Below are positions 21,027-30,927 of a stretch of DNA of 64,000 bases, one piece after another; the first letter of the stretch is position 1; the number at the start of each line of letters is the position of its first letter. A program made the position numbers and the translations under genes. Below the pieces are notes generated by a model. That model saw nothing but the letters and a program-made list of their open reading frames with translations. It had not been told where the DNA came from and searched no databases. The DNA is from an uncultured Woeseiaceae bacterium. Lineage in GTDB: Bacteria > Acidobacteriota > Vicinamibacteria > Vicinamibacterales > UBA823. Where the stretch lies: assembly GCA_964569695.1 (NCBI GenBank), contig CAZMUA010000012.1, positions 2,059 through 66,058 of the forward strand, given 5' to 3'.

Positions 21027-21695
21027 TTACGGCACGTAAATTATCTCTACATTCTCATGTAATCGCGCAATCCAATTTTGAATAATAACTTGACGCCGCT
21101 CTTCCAATAGATCGTCTCGGACGAGTTCACGGGCGTCATTAAATGGAAGCCTTGAACCATTACGGATGTATAGATCCTGATTCTCTTGGTGGTATTGGAC
21201 TAGTTCTGTATTAGTCGGCTCTGCGGTCGACGTAAAACGCTGCCGGAGATAACTATCGATCCGCAGGTTATTACGAACAAGTCGATAGAGGCGTTCCTCA
21301 GTCATCCCGACAGATTTCCACGCTGTTTCAAAAGATTTTACTGTTGAATGGTGTTCTTTGAGTTCATCAATCCGACGCTGAATCTCAGTGTCAAGCGGTT
21401 CTGAAACGAGAAATCGATCGACTTCAACCAAGATGAGAACTCTATTGACCAAACGAGAGACCACTTGAGTTTCAGAGCCTTCGTTAGAGCCCATCACTAA
21501 AACCCCTAACTCGGTTACGGCTCGAACGTCCGACAACATGATTATTTGGCGGTCTACTGTAGCAACAACTTTATCGATAATATCTTGCTTTGCGGACCCA
21601 GTCGTCAAAACCAAGAATATCAACACGCAGAAAGCGCGTTGATATACCTGTTTGAGATGCCTAGCAGCACCTAGCACTGATACCACCCCATGCAC
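21027..21695 (-). CDS. Periplasmic chaperone, SurA N-terminal-domain-only protein (no parvulin domain)
   Basis: Signal peptide ...FCVLIFLVLTTGSA, then IIDKVVATVDRQIIMLSDV, the typical opening of the SurA_N domain. At 222 aa it is too short to hold a PPIase domain. Starts 15 nt after the bamA stop. GTG start. Confidence 0.65.
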   Translation of the reverse strand: MHGVVSVLGAARHLKQVYQRAFCVLIFLVLTTGSAKQDIIDKVVATVDRQIIMLSDVRAVTELGVLVMGSNEGSETQVVSRLVNRVLILVEVDRFLVSEPLDTEIQRRIDELKEHHSTVKSFETAWKSVGMTEERLYRLVRNNLRIDSYLRQRFTSTAEPTNTELVQYHQENQDLYIRNGSRLPFNDARELVRDDLLEERRQVIIQNWIARLHENVEIIYVP

Positions 21696-21710
21696 TCATG
21701 CAGCCACATA

Positions 21711-24671
21711 TCAAAAAGCCTGTCCCATGCTTACGTGCAGCACCATCCGTCCTTCCTTCCGATTGCCGAATTGACGTCGATCTAATTTAAAACCTACGTC
21801 AACACGGATCGGTCCAATTGGTGATCGGTACCGCACACCAAACCCAGCACCGCCACGGATCCGATTCACTGCCATATCGTTAACTTCCTGGAATACATTA
21901 CCAAGGTCTAGAAAAGCAACCGCACCAATAGGACCTCTGATTGGAAAACGGATTTCGTTATTAATGATAAACAACCCGTTGCCACCTTGAGGAAATCCAT
22001 CTTGGTCAATAGTTGATCCGTCACCGAGCCGGTCTAGTGCGAATCCACGAACTGTTGTCGACCCACCGGCAAAAAATCGTTCGCTCGCAGGAAGATTTTG
22101 AACAACCATCTCTGTTGCTTGACCACTAGGTTTAATTTCCACAATGCTCCGACTAAAACCTCTAGCGAACCCAAGCCGAAGTCCTGTTGCAAATACAACA
22201 CCAGTCGATCTCGGTAAGCGTCGGTACAGAAAGCCTTGCATCAACAGCTTCGCAAAACCGACCTCGGACCCGATACGTCGACCGGCACTCTTCGCCTCAA
22301 GACTTATTAAAGATCCCCGGGTTGGTTCGAATGGATCATTACGACTATCTCGCAGTGCAGTCCCAGAAAAAGCGGACAGGCCGATCTGAGGAAACAGTCT
22401 GTCAATCAGCGGTTGATCGCTTTGATTAAAACGCTCATCAAATAAAGTATTCTGATCGAATGAATATGCACCGCTCAGGATCGCACCGGAACCAAACGAC
22501 TGACGCCACTCTACATTTATACCCTGTTGCTTAAGATTGAAACTCGATCGGATTGATTGATCAACAAAAGCCGACACAACTAGTTCGCCACTCGTCTCGA
22601 ACACACGGGGTTCGCGGAATGTGAATAGTGCCCGATATTCGTTGAAACCGTATCCGCTAGCCCCCCCTTTGCCAACCTGGTCGTCGTTCGGCCGAAGACT
22701 GACACGCGCAAATAAATTGACTGAGCGGTTTTTCCCCCACAAGTTTCGTCGTCCTATCTCAAAAAATCCACGGGGTGCAAACTCAAACCGCTCAACCGCA
22801 CTACCACCGGTTTCACTCTCTCGTCGTAATCTTGTCCCAGCTTCAAATCCTCCACCATAGCTCAACACCGTTGCTGGCACCTCTTCTACCATTACCAGCA
22901 CGTCGCGACGGGTATCACTATGGTGCTTAAATTCTGCAAAGCGGATCCGATTGAACATACCTAATAAATTCAGGCGCTGCTGACCTTCAGCTAACCGCTC
23001 CCGACTGAGTGCCTCGCCTGATCGGAAACCCAAAGTGCGCTTTATGGTTTCAACATTCACTCTGGAATGGCCACTGACAAGGACGTGGTGGACGACAGCT
23101 TGAGCACCTGGATCGACAATAAAACGTAAATCGAGCCTCGTAGAATCTTCTGAAAAAGCCATGTCGACCAGCACAGAAGCATCCTCATAGCCTTGGCTGA
23201 GCAGGTAATTGAGTATCCGATCCCGGTCCCCAAAAACCCTGCTTTGTGCGTATGGATTAGCAACTTTGGACTCTAGAAGCTCTAACAACAGGTCAGTTTC
23301 CTCACCTGGAACATTTTCCAGTGTGACCGACCGAACAATGACGCGTGGACCTTCACTAATCGTCAGGCGGGGCGTAACGAGCAAGGAATTCACAAACGGA
23401 TCTTCAGAAGCTAACAAGGAGTTCACAACTTCCGTTTTGACAGAAACTTGCGAGTAACCAGTCAGCCGGTAAACCGCGATAATAGCAGCCACGCTGTCAT
23501 TAAAGGAAGCTTCCACAAAAACATCCTCAGCACGCATATCCATGATTTCCAGGAGCACGTTGTCGGACAGTATCTGGTTCCCGGTAATCTCTGGATTGGT
23601 TATCTTGTAAATTTGGCCGGGCGAAACGTGAAAGACGATTTTTAACTCGTCGTCATTTTCTTGCAAACTATAAGTGGCTTCAACGCGAGAGTAACCTAAC
23701 CGACGAAAATGCGTCCTGATTCGATCGATGGAATCGTCAAGCAAATCCAGATCTATAGATCCTTCTCGCGCTATCGGAACCAAAGCCTCTTGTTCTTCTG
23801 GTGATAGGACTTCGTTATCGAACTGCACTATCACAAACGGACCTGGATTCGCATGAATCGTCAAGTTAATTGATGTGTTATTCAGATTGGTGGTGATGCT
23901 ATGGTTGACTTCGGCCTCGTAATGACCCCTTTCCTTCAAGGAGTCACCGTACGCACTCAAACGACGACGGATCTCCAGGCGGTCAAAAGGCATTCCTACG
24001 TACAGTCCGAGTTGCGTCAGCAGCTGATTCGCCGAGTCCAATGTTCTACCAGTGACCTTCAGTGAACCTACATTTGCACGCACTCCAGACTCGATTTCAA
24101 AACTCAGTGTGGCCCGACCTGACTCTTCATCAATACTCGTACCAGCATCAATACGGGCGTTCATAAACCCGTTGTCACGATATAAAAACTCTAGTAAGCC
24201 CGTGGCCTCCGCGGTTTGAGTAAGAGCGAGAGATTCACCATAGCGTTCACGAATGACCTGACCAAGCCGCCTTCGTGACAGACCAAGCCCTCCTTTAAAT
24301 TCAATTCTTGTGACCGTGCGTTTCGGAACAACCACATACCTTAACGCTACGCCATTTTGGTGCCCGTTTGCTTCGACACGAACATCCTCAAATTGGCCAA
24401 TCGTGAAAAGATGAAAAATACTGTCTCGAACTTGTTCGATCGATAGTGGTTCCCCAACACGCGTAACGATTGCCTCTTGAAGGTCCTTAACAGTTTTTTG
24501 AGACGAGGTGCCCACAACCTCAACGGATACGATCTCGCGATCAAGGTACGTCATGAGAGGAGCGGCCAGCAATGGATACGCCTCAAACAACAGAAGTGTA
24601 AACCCCACCATCAAGCAGCAACCAAGGCCACCTGTCGAAAAGCTCCGCTCCACACGAATCCGAGACCGCAT
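21711..24671 (-). CDS. bamA: Outer-membrane protein assembly factor BamA (Omp85)
   Basis: Multiple POTRA-like repeats followed by an Omp85 barrel. L6-loop motif FFAGGSTTVRGF. C-terminus ...HVSMGQAF. ATG at 24671 (MRSRIRVE..., signal-like GFTLLLFEAYPLLAA) shares one base with the tamB TGA. The track's start at 24737 would lie inside tamB. Confidence 0.92.
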   Translation of the reverse strand: MRSRIRVERSFSTGGLGCCLMVGFTLLLFEAYPLLAAPLMTYLDREIVSVEVVGTSSQKTVKDLQEAIVTRVGEPLSIEQVRDSIFHLFTIGQFEDVRVEANGHQNGVALRYVVVPKRTVTRIEFKGGLGLSRRRLGQVIRERYGESLALTQTAEATGLLEFLYRDNGFMNARIDAGTSIDEESGRATLSFEIESGVRANVGSLKVTGRTLDSANQLLTQLGLYVGMPFDRLEIRRRLSAYGDSLKERGHYEAEVNHSITTNLNNTSINLTIHANPGPFVIVQFDNEVLSPEEQEALVPIAREGSIDLDLLDDSIDRIRTHFRRLGYSRVEATYSLQENDDELKIVFHVSPGQIYKITNPEITGNQILSDNVLLEIMDMRAEDVFVEASFNDSVAAIIAVYRLTGYSQVSVKTEVVNSLLASEDPFVNSLLVTPRLTISEGPRVIVRSVTLENVPGEETDLLLELLESKVANPYAQSRVFGDRDRILNYLLSQGYEDASVLVDMAFSEDSTRLDLRFIVDPGAQAVVHHVLVSGHSRVNVETIKRTLGFRSGEALSRERLAEGQQRLNLLGMFNRIRFAEFKHHSDTRRDVLVMVEEVPATVLSYGGGFEAGTRLRRESETGGSAVERFEFAPRGFFEIGRRNLWGKNRSVNLFARVSLRPNDDQVGKGGASGYGFNEYRALFTFREPRVFETSGELVVSAFVDQSIRSSFNLKQQGINVEWRQSFGSGAILSGAYSFDQNTLFDERFNQSDQPLIDRLFPQIGLSAFSGTALRDSRNDPFEPTRGSLISLEAKSAGRRIGSEVGFAKLLMQGFLYRRLPRSTGVVFATGLRLGFARGFSRSIVEIKPSGQATEMVVQNLPASERFFAGGSTTVRGFALDRLGDGSTIDQDGFPQGGNGLFIINNEIRFPIRGPIGAVAFLDLGNVFQEVNDMAVNRIRGGAGFGVRYRSPIGPIRVDVGFKLDRRQFGNRKEGRMVLHVSMGQAF

Positions 24672-27600
24672 CAGAAAGCGTGCCTTACACGAAAGTCGAG
24701 TGCGTAAGTTTGATCCTCGTTCTGAGAGAGAACCCATGAAAGTTGCTCACTTTGATCGTACTCAAGCAGGATTAGCAAATCCTGTTCGGTTCCGGTCAGA
24801 GTTCGTGAGAGAGTCGCGTAAATGCGATCAGATACACGCTTGCCAATGGTTAACCTAGCTGCTGGTCTGAGTGAAGCTGTCTCGCGCAACGCGGCATCGG
24901 AAAGCGAAGGCGTGATCTCAAAGGAATCGACGCCCAACGAACTCTCTAAAATTCTCCCAAACCCAGATGAAAGTTGATCGGTCACCAGTTGTGCCGCACG
25001 CGCTTGGAGTAATTGTTGCTCAGTCTCATCAGCTGTCCGAATAGCCCGCAACTCGCTCTCAGCAGGATCTCTTACATTACCGAGCAGCAAAGATAGAATG
25101 TCGCTTGACGGTAATGGAGGATCTGAACTCAACGTCGGTACGAACCGGTCAGTAGTGCCAGCGATGTGGAAAACCACACGGTAAATCTCACCGGGCACGC
25201 GTACACTCGTCTCGGCTTCCACATCGAAGAACGGATTAATTTCACGAGGATTCGTGAAATCCATGCTGCCTCGGGTTACTACATAGCGATTCCCCTCAAA
25301 GAACACCTCCCCACGATCAATCTCCATAAAACCAAACAACTGAGGAGAAATAGGCGTACCCCGAAGTGTAAGCTCCCCACTCGATACGATTCGTGTATTC
25401 CGATCGTTAATACGTAGGGTGCCTGGCACATTCACGCGGATATCAAAATTTAAAGGAAAAGCCATTGCATCAGCAGTGGGTGCTCCAGCAACTGCAGCGT
25501 CCTGATTCAAAATATCGAACAAACCTGCATTCGTTTCAAGTGTGCTGACCCATCTTGCGTCATTCACCTCAACTGCACCTGATAACACTGGATTCTCAAC
25601 GGGACCTTGAAGGACTAGATTGGCGTCAACAGTAGAACGAAATTCTTCCGGATACCGCAACTGTATTTCATCACCTATAGCCAACATGCTGAATTCATCC
25701 AGACGATATCCGTCTAGACTAATGGACCCACCAAACTGCACATCGCCGCCACCTAAAGTCGCCGTTAAATCGTCCATGCGTACATTGCCGTTGTCGAACG
25801 TGACACGACCGTTTACCTGTTCGAAGGAATGCGGCAGAGAGGAATGTCGCAAACGACCATCAGTAATCTCAAGAGAGCCTGACAGCACTGGTGCCTCAAG
25901 TAGACCCCGAATCTCAGTAACAATCTCAGCGTTCCCGGCACTGCGAATGTCACTAAAAAACCCCTGCAGGATCGCCAAGTTCGCATCGCCAGTGACCAAC
26001 AACCCAAAACGATCCTCCCCCAATCTCACTTCACCACTGACACTCAATTCCGTATCTTCCCCTTCGAGTGTCATCTTCGAGACTTGCACCACCTCCTGAT
26101 CCAAAATGATTTGGATTAAATCGTTATTACGAACTTCGTAATCGTAAAGAACCAACTGCAGCTGCTCAATACTGGCAGTAACATTGAGCTTCGCAAGATT
26201 GCTCAGTGGACCAAGCACCCTAAGCGCCCCGCTGCCAGTCGTATCCGCAAACGGAAGAAATCGTGGTGCGAAAGCCCGCAAGAAAGGATCGAGGGAAGTG
26301 TCTGTAAATCGTATGGTCAATTCCGCATCAGCTTCCAGAGTAATGGCCACTTGCCCCGAGGCCGACACGGCCATAAGGGGTGACGCAACCTCCAGCTCGA
26401 CAGATGCCTGCTCGTTTCGTACGCCAACACGACCAGTCATCGGGCCAATGGTTTCACCACGTATCAATAAGGTATCGATGCGACCTTGTACGTCGTAAAT
26501 TGGCCAATCAAAACTACCTGAACCACCGGCCGTAAACTGGAGTAGCCCGTCCAATGGAAGTTCTGGCATTGAGACGGCCGCCACCAGCCCTACAGGAATC
26601 CGACGGCCGTCTGCGTTGAATGTGTAAGTACCGCCCCAGTCAACGTATGCGGCACCAGTGATCAAGCCTTCACGTTTTCGAATTTCAATCCCATCCAAAC
26701 GCACGCCACCGCCCTCATAACGCAACAGGGCCGTCGCTGATTCAAACGGCTCACCGTAGGCAATCACCTCTCGCACTGTCGGTCGTGCAAATCCAAACGG
26801 TGCAATGTACTCACCGTATAAGTGAAAGTCTCCTGTGATCAAACCTTCAATCGGATACTCCAATTGATCGAATGCCGTCCTAAGATCTAAAACCGGCCAT
26901 TGTTCTGCATTGAAGCGACCATTAAACTCTTCATCTCCATCAGTTCTCGGATAATCAAAAGTGAAACGGCCATCGATCAACATTTGAGAGAATCCTTTTC
27001 TGAGAATACTCTTTGGAACAGTCGCATACCCGTTCTCGATTGTTGCTTCACCTTCCCAAGCACCCCACATTACATCCCACACTCGTGGCTCAGCCTCGAA
27101 TCGACCTGTCACGCTCGGATCGATTAAGTCGCCGGTTAGTTCTCCATCAAATGTTCCACTTCCACCGATTTCTACCACCTGAGTGGGTCGCTCAAAGACG
27201 GTCATCAAGCCAGCCAAAATACGATCGCTTTCTTGTAAATTACTACTGGTCATGTGAAACGGAAGACGTGAATCTAAACCATAGGCTGTCTGACCCTCGA
27301 AGGATAGAAACGTGTGAGGAGTGGCTAGGTGGCTACCAGACGCTACATCGATCACGCCAGAGCCAAGAGAATATTCAATCACTCCCCCAAGTGCCAGGCG
27401 CCCTTCTAGAACGTTCCTGCTGGGCGATGTATTAACAATTGTACCCATTGGCGAACGTCGCTCTTGAAGCGTGATGAGGTCGGGTGGTGACACTTCGATG
27501 CGACCAGTGCCTTCCCGGTCAGCGAAGCTACTGCGTGGCCAAGACATCTTATTCAAACCGGCAGCCCGTCCTGCAAGCGGCAAGGGTTCAAGCTCAAGAG

Positions 27601-28747
27601 AATCGGTCAGGCTGGTCAGATCTACATCGGCGTAAGTCACCTCCAGACTAGCAACACCAGCGCCTCCCTCATCCTCTGACGTTAAGGCATAGGACAACTC
27701 AAGTGTTCCGTCGTGGAACACTGCGGAGGACTCATAGATGTCGAATCCGTCTCGCCGCCATTCGAGAGATCCACGCACCTCGGAAAATGGATTGCTGTCA
27801 ATCCCCAGTCGTTCGCTCGAAAACTCGCCTCGAAGGTCGCGACCACCATCGTACAGGTGAAACGTACCCACAAAGTCGCCGTCGCCAGACAATGTAAAGG
27901 CTTCATCCGGAAAGAAAACGTCACGCAGAATAGGTAAATCTAGTTCGGATCGAACTTCGTAGAATTGTTCCGGCCAATTCATAATATCCGCTGTGCCAAT
28001 CAAACTCGACTCCGTGCCATCAGCCAGCAGGTCTAATCGATCGAAGATCACTTTACCGTCATCGATTTGAAAATCGGCTTGCAGAGCTGCTTGCATTGGT
28101 TCAAAAGACTGGAGCTGTAACGTGCCTCCTGAGAATTCCGCGTGACCGCTGTAATCCAACCTCTTGGTCACGGTAATATCAAAATCTCGTCCTACCACAC
28201 TCCACGGAGCAGCGTGATCTTCATAGGTAAATTGCCCGCGCTCCGCATGAATTTCACTTAGAGTCGTAACAAACCATGTGTCTTCGGCCAGCGCCAGTTC
28301 GCTGAGATCTGGAAAGGTGTGGCGATCGCCAGGAAAACTTTCAACGACCATTGCCCAGTCGGATATTGCAACAGAATCAAAAAGCAATTCCCGCCGGAAA
28401 AGTGCTGACCAAGGCATGGAAATAACGACTTCGTCGGCAGTCAAAAATGCTCGATCCTCAGGTGTTGGGCCATCAACAACAAAATCTTCAACCAGAAATT
28501 GTCCGCGGAAAAGATAAATTGAGAGCTTGCCAATATGGAGCGGGCGACCCATTAGTTCCGTGCCAACTCGTTCCACATGTTTGCGCAGTGCTGGACCGAG
28601 GTCTACTGTTACGGTCGCCACAACAGCAATCGCCACCGCAGCCACGAGCCCTAGCAACACTAAACGTGGGTAGCGGGTTAGCAGACGGCGGTGCCTCTTG
28701 CTCGCCTCAGCATCGCTACGCTTGGTTTCAGGTCTCAACTCGAACAT
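24671..28747 (-). CDS. tamB: Translocation and assembly module protein TamB (AsmA-like, DUF490 C-terminus)
   Basis: 1358 aa. Single N-terminal anchor LVLLGLVAAVAIAVVATVTV, then a very long beta-rich body and a C-terminus ...YALDFRVRHAF. Size, architecture and position immediately upstream of bamA fit TamB. Confidence 0.78.
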   Translation of the reverse strand: MFELRPETKRSDAEASKRHRRLLTRYPRLVLLGLVAAVAIAVVATVTVDLGPALRKHVERVGTELMGRPLHIGKLSIYLFRGQFLVEDFVVDGPTPEDRAFLTADEVVISMPWSALFRRELLFDSVAISDWAMVVESFPGDRHTFPDLSELALAEDTWFVTTLSEIHAERGQFTYEDHAAPWSVVGRDFDITVTKRLDYSGHAEFSGGTLQLQSFEPMQAALQADFQIDDGKVIFDRLDLLADGTESSLIGTADIMNWPEQFYEVRSELDLPILRDVFFPDEAFTLSGDGDFVGTFHLYDGGRDLRGEFSSERLGIDSNPFSEVRGSLEWRRDGFDIYESSAVFHDGTLELSYALTSEDEGGAGVASLEVTYADVDLTSLTDSLELEPLPLAGRAAGLNKMSWPRSSFADREGTGRIEVSPPDLITLQERRSPMGTIVNTSPSRNVLEGRLALGGVIEYSLGSGVIDVASGSHLATPHTFLSFEGQTAYGLDSRLPFHMTSSNLQESDRILAGLMTVFERPTQVVEIGGSGTFDGELTGDLIDPSVTGRFEAEPRVWDVMWGAWEGEATIENGYATVPKSILRKGFSQMLIDGRFTFDYPRTDGDEEFNGRFNAEQWPVLDLRTAFDQLEYPIEGLITGDFHLYGEYIAPFGFARPTVREVIAYGEPFESATALLRYEGGGVRLDGIEIRKREGLITGAAYVDWGGTYTFNADGRRIPVGLVAAVSMPELPLDGLLQFTAGGSGSFDWPIYDVQGRIDTLLIRGETIGPMTGRVGVRNEQASVELEVASPLMAVSASGQVAITLEADAELTIRFTDTSLDPFLRAFAPRFLPFADTTGSGALRVLGPLSNLAKLNVTASIEQLQLVLYDYEVRNNDLIQIILDQEVVQVSKMTLEGEDTELSVSGEVRLGEDRFGLLVTGDANLAILQGFFSDIRSAGNAEIVTEIRGLLEAPVLSGSLEITDGRLRHSSLPHSFEQVNGRVTFDNGNVRMDDLTATLGGGDVQFGGSISLDGYRLDEFSMLAIGDEIQLRYPEEFRSTVDANLVLQGPVENPVLSGAVEVNDARWVSTLETNAGLFDILNQDAAVAGAPTADAMAFPLNFDIRVNVPGTLRINDRNTRIVSSGELTLRGTPISPQLFGFMEIDRGEVFFEGNRYVVTRGSMDFTNPREINPFFDVEAETSVRVPGEIYRVVFHIAGTTDRFVPTLSSDPPLPSSDILSLLLGNVRDPAESELRAIRTADETEQQLLQARAAQLVTDQLSSGFGRILESSLGVDSFEITPSLSDAALRETASLRPAARLTIGKRVSDRIYATLSRTLTGTEQDLLILLEYDQSEQLSWVLSQNEDQTYALDFRVRHAF

Positions 28748-29283
28748 AAGGGTTCTTCTTGTTCCACCGTCGCTAGGACCAAGCCGGCTTCGACCACAGC
28801 ACCCGGTTGCACCTTGATTTCAACAACACGACCCGCACTTGGTGAAGTAAGCGTATTTTCCATTTTCATGGCTTCAACGACTACTATGCCTTGTCGGTTT
28901 TTCACTGGGTCACCTGCAGCGACCAACAGTTTGACTACTCGACCAGGCATTGGTGCAGTAATCTGCTGCAATCCATCGGCAACCGGCACCGAAGTGGTCT
29001 CTGTTGTAAAGATTGATCGATCTGCGTTGAGCCCAATCTGAAAGACACAACTAGATTTTTCCACGTCAACGGTTGCTCGCCGACCAGAATCAACAATAGT
29101 AACCATATGACTCGAAAAATTCTGATCGCGCAAAATCAGCGACAATGAAGACTGGTCAAGCCGACGGGCATCTACGACATGCTGTTGGCCATTCATAGTC
29201 ACGGTAAAACGATTGTCTGCCCCGACAACTCGGTCTATCTGGACGCACCTTACTTGCCCGTTGACATCAACATCAAACGTCAT
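28735..29283 (-). CDS. Biotin carboxyl carrier protein with N-terminal BT-like segment (acyl-CoA carboxylase)
   Basis: C-terminal biotinyl domain with VVVEAMKMENTL (biotinyl-Lys). About 110 N-terminal residues resemble the BT linker of PCC/MCC alpha chains. ATGA overlap with the upstream biotin carboxylase gene. Confidence 0.85.
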   Translation of the reverse strand: MTFDVDVNGQVRCVQIDRVVGADNRFTVTMNGQQHVVDARRLDQSSLSLILRDQNFSSHMVTIVDSGRRATVDVEKSSCVFQIGLNADRSIFTTETTSVPVADGLQQITAPMPGRVVKLLVAAGDPVKNRQGIVVVEAMKMENTLTSPSAGRVVEIKVQPGAVVEAGLVLATVEQEEPLCSS

Positions 29284-30806
29284 GAGATTTCACGTAAGGC
29301 CTCAACCTTGGCCTGCCGCCGCCATGCGGAGGTCTTGTCTGGCTGTTTCGCAGAAGCTGCATCCTTACCAAGATAGGCATGCAGGGCCGCACCGACGACC
29401 GCAACGTCTTCGATATCAGTGGTCGGCTCCATAAGTGGCTTACCATTACGCTCCGCCATCATCATGTCGACAAAATTCGTGTTTAACGCTCCACTCTGAA
29501 ACGCAGAACTTTGAAGCAGCCAAGAAAACAATGAGATCGTTGTTTTGATTCCATGCACCTGGTATTCATCCATCGCACGTCGCATGCGTGCGATAGCCAT
29601 AGCTCGATCAGGACCCCAAGCAACAACTTTAGAAATTAACGGATCGTACCAAGTGGGCACCTCAAATCCCGAGGCAACACCGCTGTCATCACGAATTCCA
29701 GGACCAGAAGGCGTTCGAAGGGCTCGAATCATCCCAGGTGACGGCATGAAACCATTGTCTGGGTCCTCTGCGTAGACACGACATTCGATGGCGTGGCCCC
29801 GTGGTGTTAGTGTTTCCACTGGATTAATGGTCAGCTGTCTACCCTGCGCAATGTGAAGCTGCCAATGAACAAGATCAACCCCTGTTATCATTTCGGTAAC
29901 AGGATGTTCAACCTGTAGCCTGGTATTCATCTCTAGAAAGTAAAACTTTCCATCTGTATCAAGTAAAAATTCAACAGTACCGGCATTAACGTAACCGACC
30001 GAATGAGCAAGCGCCACAGCAGCGGTAGCCATCTGCTCGCGCAACTCTTGGGTCACGAACATCGCTGGAGACTCTTCGACAACTTTTTGATAACGACGTT
30101 GAATTGAACAGTCTCGCTCAACAAAAGGCACTATCGCACCATGCGAATCGCCAAGCAGTTGCACCTCAATATGACGTGGCTCGACTATTTGTCTCTCCAA
30201 ATAGACAAACTCATCACCAAATGCTGTTTGGGCCTCAGACCGTGCCTCTCGAAGCGCTGAAGTAAGCGCTTCCGGTTCATTCACGATGCGCATGCCTCGC
30301 CCACCACCACCAGCCACGGCCTTAACAAATAGTGGATATCCGACTTCCTTAGCAATTTGCTTAACCTCAATGTCGGACAGATTTGGATCTAAGGGAGTGT
30401 TAGTGCCAGGCACCACAGGAACCCCGGCACGCTGTGCTGCTTGGCGAGCCGCAACCTTGCCACCCATGAGGGCAATCACATCAGCTGATGGTCCCACAAA
30501 CGTTAAATTCGCTTCGCGACAAGCAGCGGCAAACTTCGCATTCTCGGAAAGAAAACCATATCCTGGGTGCACAGCTGTCGCATCAGCTTGACGCGCTACA
30601 TCGACCAGCCGGTCGATGTTTAGGTAACTCTCGGCTGGCTCGTTAGCTCCGATTTCATAAGCCTCGTCGGCATACCGTACGTGGGGCGCCAAGCGATCAC
30701 AATCTGAATAGACGGCGACACTCTGAAATCCGAGCTCTCGACAAGCACGCATGATGCGCACTGCGATTTCTCCACGATTAGCAACTAGTACTTTCATCGT
30801 GATCAA
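29280..30806 (-). CDS. Biotin carboxylase subunit of an acyl-CoA (acetyl/propionyl-CoA) carboxylase
   Basis: MKVLVANRGEIAVR, HPGYGFLSEN, ATP-grasp AGGGGRGMRIV, EMNTRLQVEHPVTE. The start may be ATG at 30797 (MKVLV...). Confidence 0.93.
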   Translation of the reverse strand: MITMKVLVANRGEIAVRIMRACRELGFQSVAVYSDCDRLAPHVRYADEAYEIGANEPAESYLNIDRLVDVARQADATAVHPGYGFLSENAKFAAACREANLTFVGPSADVIALMGGKVAARQAAQRAGVPVVPGTNTPLDPNLSDIEVKQIAKEVGYPLFVKAVAGGGGRGMRIVNEPEALTSALREARSEAQTAFGDEFVYLERQIVEPRHIEVQLLGDSHGAIVPFVERDCSIQRRYQKVVEESPAMFVTQELREQMATAAVALAHSVGYVNAGTVEFLLDTDGKFYFLEMNTRLQVEHPVTEMITGVDLVHWQLHIAQGRQLTINPVETLTPRGHAIECRVYAEDPDNGFMPSPGMIRALRTPSGPGIRDDSGVASGFEVPTWYDPLISKVVAWGPDRAMAIARMRRAMDEYQVHGIKTTISLFSWLLQSSAFQSGALNTNFVDMMMAERNGKPLMEPTTDIEDVAVVGAALHAYLGKDAASAKQPDKTSAWRRQAKVEALREIS

Positions 30807-30927
30807 ACAACGATTGCAGATACAGGGCTACTTGGCTGCGCTTGCCCATGGGCTCCTATGGCAAAACCGAGGGCAAGACCTCACATCTACCTATTATTCT
30901 AGCACTTAAGGGCGTCGGTCAAAGTGT

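Noticed and set aside
25620-26099. 159-aa plus-strand ORF. Several 60-140-aa ORFs at 26184-27435 are of the same kind.
   Set aside because: All lie antisense inside tamB, with Ser/Arg/Pro-rich products typical of the reverse frame of a moderately GC-rich gene.
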